The translations under genes and the position numbers were made by a program. Shown piece after piece: positions 56,777-64,000 of a stretch of 64,000 nucleotides of DNA. The stretch lies in the NCBI RefSeq assembly GCF_988243305.1, contig NZ_OZ547136.1; one strand, 5' to 3'. The notes beneath the pieces are model-generated. The model did not search any database and was not told the DNA's origin. It was given only the letters and a program-made list of their open reading frames with translations. Position 1 is the first letter of the stretch; each line of letters begins with the position of its first letter.

Positions 56777-58831
56777 TTACGCGTTATTCACTTCCACCAC
56801 GATACTGTCAATCAGTACCGGGTAAGTCGCATTTTTAGTGATATCGGTCACGCGCAACTTGTCTGCCGTAAACGTGCCGACCGGAGACTGCGACAGCATG
56901 AATGGTGTCCCGTCCTTACCATCAATGACCGGCGTCACCTCAATACTGTTGTTACCGGCAAAACGGAAGCCCAGCGTATGCCATTCGTTATTAAATGCGC
57001 CGAATGACCCCAGCTTCGTGTTCTGCGCCGTGTTTCCTTTGTGATACATCACGTTAAGGTCTGTGGCATCGCTCTGTACGTAGAACGATGCCAGCAGGTT
57101 ATGACCGGCATTTCCTTCCAGAGTAACCCCTTGCGGCAGGGCAGAAACCGGCCAGTACAGCGCCAGTGCGTACTGATTAGCCGTAAGCGCGCCATCGAGT
57201 TTAAAACGACAACTGACAAGACCACCTTTACCCAGCAGGTCCGCACCATTACCAGCATCATGCTCAAGGTACCAGGGGGCTCTTCCTGTTTCCTTGGTCA
57301 GTTTCATTGCCTTACCCCCGCTGGCTCCGGCATCATCCACGATTTGAGCCTTGCCACCTCCGGCAGCCCAACCCTGTGGTGTCAACCGTCCTTCAGACTC
57401 AGATGCCCGGTAAGCAAATAGCGTACTCATCGTCGTGGTGTCTGCGGGTGGCGTGGACGGTTTTGATGGTGTATCAGGTGACGGCTTCTCATCCGGTGGT
57501 GTCACGGTCTGCCCGCGCATCAGTTCAGCCGTGCGCCCTGCATGGAGCATAATAGCTGAGGCCAGACGGTCTGAAATGACGCCCCTGCGTGCCCATGAGC
57601 TGAAATGGCTGTCACGCTGTGTCGAAACAAAACTGCCCTGGGTTCGGGATGCTGCACCGTAATACCCGACAGCCACAATATCCGGGTCTTCCGCCGGAGC
57701 ATTCGTTGGCGTGCTCTGTCCATTCTCATCCGTCAGGAACGGTACAAAGAAAATTTTCTGTGCTTCCTTGCCTTTGTAGCCACCGTATACTGCCTCATAT
57801 TTATCGGTGCCAGCGTTTTTCCAGTAATACGTGGTATCACCGCAAATCCACGGCACCGTGGTGGCATTTCCACTCACGCACTGCGCAGCAAGCGGAGCCA
57901 GGTCAGTTCTGAACTGCTGAACCATGGCCGTGAATAAACTATTATGCTGCTGGCTTCCTGAGGCAAGGTCTGCCTCTCCCTGCATCCAGACCACAGCCAG
58001 AAGTTTGTTTTTCGGGTTTTTCGCCAGCGCGACTTTGGTGCGGCTTACCAGGTCCTGATACAGAGGTTTACCGGCCCCCCAGCGTGAAGAATCAGCGGAA
58101 GCACCGCTGGCCTCACTGAATGAGCCGTCGGCTCCAGTGGTGAATGCTGACCCGCCACGACAACAGGGCACCAGAAGTATCCCGGCATTCTGTGGGATAT
58201 AGGGAAGCAGTTTTTTGGCAATATGCAACCCCTGACCGACAGTCCCGTACTGGCCTTTTGCCAGATCAGCTTTCGGGTGGTTTATCCCGCTCATATCCTG
58301 AACATCATGCAGGCAGTGGTCTGCCGGAATGATGTCGTTGTATGTACACGACGTACCGTTGGGCGTTACCGCACTGCGGCGTGCCAGTTGCTTAATGCGT
58401 GGGTCCGGGCGGTCAAACGAATCCGGTAACGGCAGCCCCTCGCCGTAGGCCATGCCATTTGACTGACCCGCGAGAATGACAACAAAGTAATATTCCGGCT
58501 CTGAACTGCTGCCATTCGTGCTACCGGAAGGCCCGGCGTTATCCGGTGCATTCCAGTCGGAGGGCGTGAGCGTTCCGGCCACGTCAGATGTGATTGGAAT
58601 GATGCCAGTCACGCCTGAACTGGTGATTTCTGCACTGGGATTACCGGATACCGGCATTACCCATAATGGCTCTTTCGTGCTGAAGCGGATCACGCAGTCT
58701 GCGAAGGTGATCCCCCCTTTATTACCCGAAGGGCGGAAAGGGCTTTCAATAAATGCCACCGTGCCACCGGCAACCTTGACTGAAAACTCTCCGGGCATGG
58801 CGGAGAGCATTTTCCACTTGGAGTCTGACAT
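56777..58831 (-). CDS. Prophage cargo protein with SGNH/SASA-type esterase-like domain (684 aa)
   Basis: Motif YYFVVILAGQSNGMAYGEG (GQSN block); Ser/Thr/Pro-rich linker; C-terminal beta-rich domain; start codon uncertain. Confidence 0.55.
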   Translation of the reverse strand: MSDSKWKMLSAMPGEFSVKVAGGTVAFIESPFRPSGNKGGITFADCVIRFSTKEPLWVMPVSGNPSAEITSSGVTGIIPITSDVAGTLTPSDWNAPDNAGPSGSTNGSSSEPEYYFVVILAGQSNGMAYGEGLPLPDSFDRPDPRIKQLARRSAVTPNGTSCTYNDIIPADHCLHDVQDMSGINHPKADLAKGQYGTVGQGLHIAKKLLPYIPQNAGILLVPCCRGGSAFTTGADGSFSEASGASADSSRWGAGKPLYQDLVSRTKVALAKNPKNKLLAVVWMQGEADLASGSQQHNSLFTAMVQQFRTDLAPLAAQCVSGNATTVPWICGDTTYYWKNAGTDKYEAVYGGYKGKEAQKIFFVPFLTDENGQSTPTNAPAEDPDIVAVGYYGAASRTQGSFVSTQRDSHFSSWARRGVISDRLASAIMLHAGRTAELMRGQTVTPPDEKPSPDTPSKPSTPPADTTTMSTLFAYRASESEGRLTPQGWAAGGGKAQIVDDAGASGGKAMKLTKETGRAPWYLEHDAGNGADLLGKGGLVSCRFKLDGALTANQYALALYWPVSALPQGVTLEGNAGHNLLASFYVQSDATDLNVMYHKGNTAQNTKLGSFGAFNNEWHTLGFRFAGNNSIEVTPVIDGKDGTPFMLSQSPVGTFTADKLRVTDITKNATYPVLIDSIVVEVNNA

Positions 58832-58916
58832 CGTCTTTTCTGCCTGTTTCTGAATTAAACAGAGTCAGAATAGCGACCGCTGAAAAATATGTGTTTTGCG
58901 GAAATTCAAAAAAGCG

Positions 58917-59489
58917 TCACGGTACTTTTGGTGACGGAGCTGGTGAGGCAGGAAAATAACGATAAAGGGTGGAAAGGCCAATATCAAATATCAGTGCGAT
59001 TTGTTTACGGGACTCGCCATTAGCCAGCAAACGGGCGATTTGCTCCCGCTCTTTCTCTGTCAGTTTCTGAGGTCTGCCGCCATGACGCCCCTGAGCACGG
59101 GCAGCAGCAAGACCCGCGCGTGTACGTTCAATAATGAGTTCCCGCTCCATTTCCGCCAGCGCGCCCATTATATGGAAAAAGAAACGTCCCATGGGAGTGG
59201 ATGTATCAATATTGTCCGTAATGCTGCGGAAGTTAACGCCGCGTTGCCGGAGTTCTTCTGTTAAAAGGACAAGGTGCTGCATACTGCGTCCAAGGCGATC
59301 CAGTTTCCAGACCAGCAGGGTATCCCCTGGCCGGAGTCGCTTTAATGCGCGTTTAAGTCCGGGACGCTCCCTTGTCTTACCGCTTATTCTATCTTCGAAA
59401 AACAGCTCACATCCTGCACATTCCAGCGCATTTCTTTGTAGCGCCGTATTCTGGTCATTTGTTGACACCCTGATATACCCAATCAGCAT
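58917..59489 (-). CDS. Serine DNA invertase, Gin/Pin/Hin family
   Basis: MLIGYIRVSTNDQ...WKLDRLGRS with catalytic Ser and C-terminal HTH; adjacent to invertible segment. Confidence 0.9.
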   Translation of the reverse strand: MLIGYIRVSTNDQNTALQRNALECAGCELFFEDRISGKTRERPGLKRALKRLRPGDTLLVWKLDRLGRSMQHLVLLTEELRQRGVNFRSITDNIDTSTPMGRFFFHIMGALAEMERELIIERTRAGLAAARAQGRHGGRPQKLTEKEREQIARLLANGESRKQIALIFDIGLSTLYRYFPASPAPSPKVP

Positions 59490-59554
59490 ACGATTTCCTT
59501 ATTATAAAAAGCCGGAATTGTCGCATGAGGAATAAAACAGAGTTAATCCTGGCT

Positions 59555-59580
59555 TTCCTGAAAACCTCGGTTTACGGGAA
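59555..59580. other. Invertase crossover site (gix/hix-like), left
   Basis: TTCCTGAAAACC-TC-GGTTTACGGGAA: 12-2-12 imperfect palindrome matching Gin/Hin site half-sites. Confidence 0.55.
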
Positions 59581-59690
59581 ACGGTAAACAGGGCGGCGAA
59601 TGCCCTGCCATCGGACGGCACCGCCGTTGCCGCGAATAGACTCGCCACCCCAAGAAATATTAATGGGGTTCCCTTTGACGGGACGCAGGA
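59567..59690. repeat. Inverted repeat, left copy
   Basis: 59567-59636 is an exact reverse complement of 60816-60885; second block 59661-59690 matches 60762-60791 with 1 mismatch. Confidence 0.75.
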
Positions 59691-59928
59691 CATAAACATC
59701 ACTTCTGGTATAACACAGCAGGATGCGGATTCCCGATATATCCAGGATATCAGGCTGGGAGCAGAGAACAGGCAGGTAATGTACGGTGGGGCATATTACT
59801 CTGCGTACGGTAATGTTATGGCAGGCCTGCAGATTGACAGTAAAGTTGATGCTTCAAACGATTTTATAGCATTCAGACCCCTGCAAAAATTAGTCGGAGG
59901 TACATGGATTACGGTATCTCAGTTATAA
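59567..59928 (+). other. Promoterless alternative tail-fiber C-terminal cassette
   Basis: No start codon; reading frame continues from the inverted repeat and ends at TAA 59926-59928; encodes [23 protein letters not shown]... shared with the expressed fiber then diverges. Confidence 0.5.
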
Positions 59929-59979
59929 ATAGTCAGTAAATAATATATTTTAAAACAGATTTATTTCCAGGAGGATTTT

Positions 59980-60501
59980 ATGGAACTAAAAAATATAACC
60001 CGTTATTATCCTGAAAATATGCCATATGGTAATAATGTTCAGTATTTCCAGAGTGAAGATGGTAAGGATTTCTACGAATCCCTGCCATTATTCACCAAAA
60101 AATATAAACTTTGCATAACACCTGACAGCGGCGTTATCTGCTCAATATCACAGGACGCCTCGGCGCTGTATCCTGCGGGGTTTTCTGTGGTTGAGGTCGA
60201 TGAACTCCCTGAAGGCACGGATATTTCAGGAAACTGGAAGTTTGATAATGGCATAATCTCCCGTATTCCGGTTAACTACGCAAGAAAACTGGAAGCAATG
60301 CGCCAGTCATATCTTAATCAGGCATATGAAAAAATTAATGACTGGAGAACGGAGCTACAACTGGGCACCATCAGCGATGAAGACAGAGCAGCACTTACCC
60401 AATGGATGGCATACATCAGTCAGGTGAAGAAAATGGAACTACCCGCCATTAAAACAGAAGCTGAATTTAACGCCATTAAATGGCCTGAGCAGCCACAGTA
60501 A
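59980..60501 (+). CDS. Tail fiber assembly protein (chaperone)
   Basis: 173 aa; AGGAGG SD; resembles tail fiber assembly proteins as I recall them. Confidence 0.75.
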   Translation: MELKNITRYYPENMPYGNNVQYFQSEDGKDFYESLPLFTKKYKLCITPDSGVICSISQDASALYPAGFSVVEVDELPEGTDISGNWKFDNGIISRIPVNYARKLEAMRQSYLNQAYEKINDWRTELQLGTISDEDRAALTQWMAYISQVKKMELPAIKTEAEFNAIKWPEQPQ

Positions 60502-60505
60502 TAAA

Positions 60506-60523
60506 GAAGGCCGGAAGGCCTTC
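60506..60523. terminator. Hairpin between convergent tfa and fiber genes
   Basis: GAAGGCC-GGAA-GGCCTTC; T-rich on the minus strand. Confidence 0.4.
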
Positions 60524-60532
60524 TGAATATCA

Positions 60533-61414
60533 TTATATACTTGCAGCCGTCACCCATGCTCCATTTAACAGATACTGCAACGGCCGGTAATACACGCCGC
60601 CGACGTTATCTGCCGTATTCTTACCGACATCCTGTACTTTAATTCCGGTAAGAACATTGCCGCCCCCCAGATTCAGATCCCAGCTTTCCCATGTTCCGGG
60701 CATATGTGCGGTCACCGACCCCAGTCTTATGGCGGTTACTGTTCCTGATGAGATAGTGATATCCTGCGTCCCGTCAAAGGGAACACCATTAATTGTGTGG
60801 GCATTTGCCAGCCTGTTCGCGGCAACGGCGGTGCCGTCCGATGGCAGGGCATTCGCCGCCCTGTTTACCGTTTCCCGTAAACCGACGTTATCGATAAAAG
60901 CCCCTTTATCCGGAATGTCTGCGCCGTTCTGCTCCCTGCGCAGGTAACGGTTATCACCTTCGCTTTTGCTGTAAACATCCAGATTATTACGGGCGGTTCC
61001 CTTATTCTCCAGGTCGGCGAGATTCTGATCCTTCGCCAGGGCATTAACGTCAGCGGGACCAAGACTGTTTTTTGTGGCAAGCGTCCCCAGACCAAGATAA
61101 CCACGGGCCAGACGCTGGGCCTCCGCACCGGCATCAGCAATTTCTTTCAGGTTATTTTTCCGGGAAAAGGCATTCGCAGCGATAATGGCTTTAATGGACA
61201 GCGTAAGCTGGTTTAACTGCGCCTTATCCGGCTGAATACTGGCTTCAGCCAGAATATTCAGCAGTTCGGCCTGGAGAATATTCAGCCAGTCCTGACCAAT
61301 CCAGCTGATACCTTTTTGTCCGTCACCTTCGGTAAACCAGGTGGTGGTATTACTCTGCGCCGGTGCCAGCGCAGGCATATTCGCCACGCCGGAATTATTA
61401 TCAACATGAAACAT
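60533..61414 (-). CDS. Tail fiber protein (constant N-terminus plus currently expressed variable C-terminus)
   Basis: 293-aa ORF; crossover site lies inside the gene at 60872-60897. Confidence 0.75.
   Translation of the reverse strand: MFHVDNNSGVANMPALAPAQSNTTTWFTEGDGQKGISWIGQDWLNILQAELLNILAEASIQPDKAQLNQLTLSIKAIIAANAFSRKNNLKEIADAGAEAQRLARGYLGLGTLATKNSLGPADVNALAKDQNLADLENKGTARNNLDVYSKSEGDNRYLRREQNGADIPDKGAFIDNVGLRETVNRAANALPSDGTAVAANRLANAHTINGVPFDGTQDITISSGTVTAIRLGSVTAHMPGTWESWDLNLGGGNVLTGIKVQDVGKNTADNVGGVYYRPLQYLLNGAWVTAASI
60762..60885. repeat. Inverted repeat, right copy
   Basis: Reverse complement of 59567-59690. Confidence 0.75.
60872..60897. other. Invertase crossover site (gix/hix-like), right
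   Basis: TTCCCGTAAACC-GA-CGTTATCGATAA; inner half-site and central dinucleotide are the exact reverse complement of the left site. Confidence 0.5.
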
Positions 61415-61974
61415 TAAATAGTCTCCTCTTCATGGCTGTTTGCATAAACGTAAATAAACGTCTGCCATGCAGGCTTATAACGGTTCAGAATACATTCCAG
61501 CGCACCGCCTTCATAAATACGCAGCGGCGTGAGAATATCATCCAGCACATTCATATTCCGGTAGCCGGTTTCACTGTTAATCGTGACAATACTGACCCAC
61601 TGCGAATCCGGTGAGGGCTGAATGTCAATCTGATAACCAAACTCCGCCGCAAACCGGATATAAAATTCACGGTTCAGCGAGGGCTTCATCCGGTATTTAT
61701 TTCCGGCATAACGCTGTCGCTCCGTGAGGGTGGCTCCGGCCATATCACACTCGGGAAGCCCGAGATAACGCTCCCAGTCTTCCAGCAGCAGGCGCGACGT
61801 GTCAGGGAAACGCTCGGCAAGCAGCTGTTTACCCGTCCAGGATACACGCGCTGTCGAATGACTGAGGCCCAGACATAATGATGCCAGTACGGATGACGGA
61901 CGCTTGTCCCATGCCAGCCCGTCAGGCAGTAACTGCAACAGGGCGCGCTGATGCGGGGTCAGGGTTACAGCCAT
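61414..61974 (-). CDS. Tail/baseplate protein (Mu gp48-like, tail protein I-like)
   Basis: 186 aa between J-like and fiber genes. Confidence 0.55.
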   Translation of the reverse strand: MAVTLTPHQRALLQLLPDGLAWDKRPSSVLASLCLGLSHSTARVSWTGKQLLAERFPDTSRLLLEDWERYLGLPECDMAGATLTERQRYAGNKYRMKPSLNREFYIRFAAEFGYQIDIQPSPDSQWVSIVTINSETGYRNMNVLDDILTPLRIYEGGALECILNRYKPAWQTFIYVYANSHEEETI

Positions 61975-63047
61975 GTGATTTCTCCTACCGTCAGCAGCTC
62001 ACTGTCTCCCGCCTGAACTGACGTCAGCGGACTGCGCACTTCAAAATCCTCCAGATTTTTCACCCCTGCCACCGCCCGCCAGAAAGACGACGGCAGAACC
62101 AGACCGCCGGGCCGGGATTCGTTATACAACAGGTCGGTCAGCGCCTGTTTTACGGCCGCCTGATTCTCCGGTGTTTTCGGGATGATCCTGATGCTGAAGG
62201 GCACCGGCTTATTGGTCAGTTTAAACACGGTCACCGTCGGCCCCAGAGGCTGTCCGACAGGCTGGCCGGTCGCCGGATCATCATGACTGCGGATATAATC
62301 CGCCACCCGCTGAACATCACCGTCACCGGGGAAAATATCCGGGTTATTATCCTGAACAAACGTTACCCCCACGCTGCCCGCCTGCGGCCATTCCGGGCGG
62401 CACCATGCCCGCGTCACGCCCGGCACTTCACGCGCCCAGCGTTCAAAATCATACTGCGTGCCGCCGGACGGTGGATTCTGCACCCGGAAAACCAGACGGG
62501 AAAGCAGCTCCGGCACGGTTTCCACATCCGCACCACCGGTGATCCCCGTTCCGGTCACCGTGGCCGTCTGGTTGATCCCCGCCTGCGGTGTGATAAATGT
62601 CAGTTTTGTCCCTGCCGGGGCATTCCCCGCACGACCGGCACTTTCGGCTTCCACACTGACATTCAGCGTACCGGCCTTACCGGTCAGGGAGGTGGTGATA
62701 CGGTAAACCACGCCATCACTTCGCTGGAGAAGCACACCTTCCTTGATCCCCGCATCCGTGGTCAGCATCAGCTGAACCGGCCCGTCCCCCCGAGAGGCAG
62801 GCTTACGCATGACGCCCCAGAATGCACAGTGTTTCAGCAGTTCGGCTTCATCGGCTTCGGTCGGGATGATCTGACGCGCAATCCAGGCCAGATGCTCATG
62901 CTCCTGAGCAGATAACCCTGCCTGAGCGTAAGCAATGGCATTCAGGGTGGTTTCATTCACACCCGGCTGCGAGCCGGGCAGGCGCTGGCTGATATCCTGC
63001 TGTGTCTGCGTGATTAACTGTGCCAGCGGTAAAGGCTGATAAGGCAT
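61965..63047 (-). CDS. Baseplate J-like protein (Mu gp47-like)
   Basis: 360 aa; position in baseplate cluster. Confidence 0.65.
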   Translation of the reverse strand: MPYQPLPLAQLITQTQQDISQRLPGSQPGVNETTLNAIAYAQAGLSAQEHEHLAWIARQIIPTEADEAELLKHCAFWGVMRKPASRGDGPVQLMLTTDAGIKEGVLLQRSDGVVYRITTSLTGKAGTLNVSVEAESAGRAGNAPAGTKLTFITPQAGINQTATVTGTGITGGADVETVPELLSRLVFRVQNPPSGGTQYDFERWAREVPGVTRAWCRPEWPQAGSVGVTFVQDNNPDIFPGDGDVQRVADYIRSHDDPATGQPVGQPLGPTVTVFKLTNKPVPFSIRIIPKTPENQAAVKQALTDLLYNESRPGGLVLPSSFWRAVAGVKNLEDFEVRSPLTSVQAGDSELLTVGEITWL

Positions 63048-63484
63048 TACTCCCCCTTAAGATCAGCATAAAAAATCATGGGCCTCACTGAACCATCAGG
63101 CAGGGTTATGCGCACCGAAAGCGCCAGCCGCGCGTGTCCCACACGTTCTGCATGACAGACCACGGATGACGCCACGCCATCCTGACTGAGCCAGCCCAGC
63201 GCCTCATCCGCGTAAGCACGGGCACGGCTTATCACCGAGGCCAGCGTTTTTTCCCGGCTGAGAAGCCACAGACGGGAGCCAATGGGGCGCGGGCGAAAAC
63301 TGTCTCCCCACCATCCCCGGCGGTCGCGCGTACCGTCAGGGATTTCATCCGATGCCAGCGCCCGGCGGTCAGTAAACAGCGAAATCAGAACGGCCGTCAG
63401 CAGACTGTCATCCGTCAGCAGGTCGGCACCGTTCAGTTGCAGCGAACCGCATCCCTGATCCCACACAATTGCAATATCAGCCAT
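63047..63484 (-). CDS. Baseplate protein (Mu gp46-like)
   Basis: Internal Met MADIAIVWDQ of longer ORF; overlaps neighbouring genes by a few nt. Confidence 0.5.
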   Translation of the reverse strand: MADIAIVWDQGCGSLQLNGADLLTDDSLLTAVLISLFTDRRALASDEIPDGTRDRRGWWGDSFRPRPIGSRLWLLSREKTLASVISRARAYADEALGWLSQDGVASSVVCHAERVGHARLALSVRITLPDGSVRPMIFYADLKGE

Positions 63485-63986
63485 TCTCCGGCACTCCTGT
63501 CTTACTGCCTTCGCCGTTATCATGATGCACATGGCCGGAATACCGTATCCCTGCAATAACGGCATCCGACATTGTGAACAGTCCCTGAGATTTCCCCGTA
63601 CCCTCAAGCGCGAAATTACCCTTAACATGCAGGTTCTTATCCACCGTCACATTGCCCGTAAAGGTGGCTTCCGGCGTATCCACCCGCATCCCCTCGTCGG
63701 CGTAAATCTCCAGCATTTTGCATGTCACAATAATGCGGCCATCCTTTGTTAACCGTATCCGGTGCCCCTCATGGTGATACACCCCCGTATCTCCGGCTGT
63801 GAGTCCGGTCGGGCGGCTGCGCCGGTCTTCCACCACAAGCACCACAGTCTGATCCCGCTGTCCGCCCAGACAGGCAAAAAAGGTTTCCGCACCCGGCAGG
63901 GGAACGCTGATCTGCCCGTACTGCTGGGGACGCTCCACATCATCAAAGGTTTCGCCGTCCATGCCGGTGAGCTGCACATTCTGCAT
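63477..63986 (-). CDS. Baseplate spike/hub protein (gpV-like, Mu gp45-like)
   Basis: 169 aa; first gene of the baseplate block in this window. Confidence 0.55.
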   Translation of the reverse strand: MQNVQLTGMDGETFDDVERPQQYGQISVPLPGAETFFACLGGQRDQTVVLVVEDRRSRPTGLTAGDTGVYHHEGHRIRLTKDGRIIVTCKMLEIYADEGMRVDTPEATFTGNVTVDKNLHVKGNFALEGTGKSQGLFTMSDAVIAGIRYSGHVHHDNGEGSKTGVPENG

Positions 63987-64000
63987 TTTCAGTTCGTCAT

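Noticed and set aside
59502-59702. 66-aa minus-strand ORF sharing a peptide with the 60657-60947 + ORF
   Set aside because: Both are out-of-frame translations across the inverted repeats of the invertible fiber segment, not genes.

Overview
This window is an Escherichia coli-type chromosomal segment with two prophage arms flanking a conserved backbone. (1) Positions 1 to ~8772 are the integrase-proximal arm of a lambdoid prophage: a Cro-like gene divergent from a CI-like S24 repressor, a run of small early genes on the + strand, then xis and int, ending at a junction inside the 5' end of yecE. (2) Positions ~8773 to 54420 are backbone: yecE(3' part)-yecN-cmoAB-torZY-cutC-yecM-argS-flhEAB-cheZYBR-tap-tar-cheWA-motBA-flhCD-uspC-otsAB-araHGF-ftnB-yecJ-azuC-yecR-ftnA-yecH-tyrP-yecA-leuZ/cysT/glyW tRNAs-pgsA-uvrCY-yecF-sdiA-tcyNL and a 3' fragment of dcyD. 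(3) Positions ~54421 to 64000 are one end of a second prophage inserted inside dcyD, with Mu-like organisation: baseplate genes (V-like, gp46-like, J-like, gp48-like), a tail fiber with an invertible C-terminal cassette, a Gin/Pin-family serine invertase, a cargo block including a 684-aa SGNH-type esterase-like protein, and a com-mom module next to the junction. The most interesting points are the candidate transposable-phage insertion in dcyD, the fully resolvable invertase site pair, and the cargo genes between the invertase and com/mom. All gene names are assigned from my recollection of protein sequences and gene order; no database search was run.
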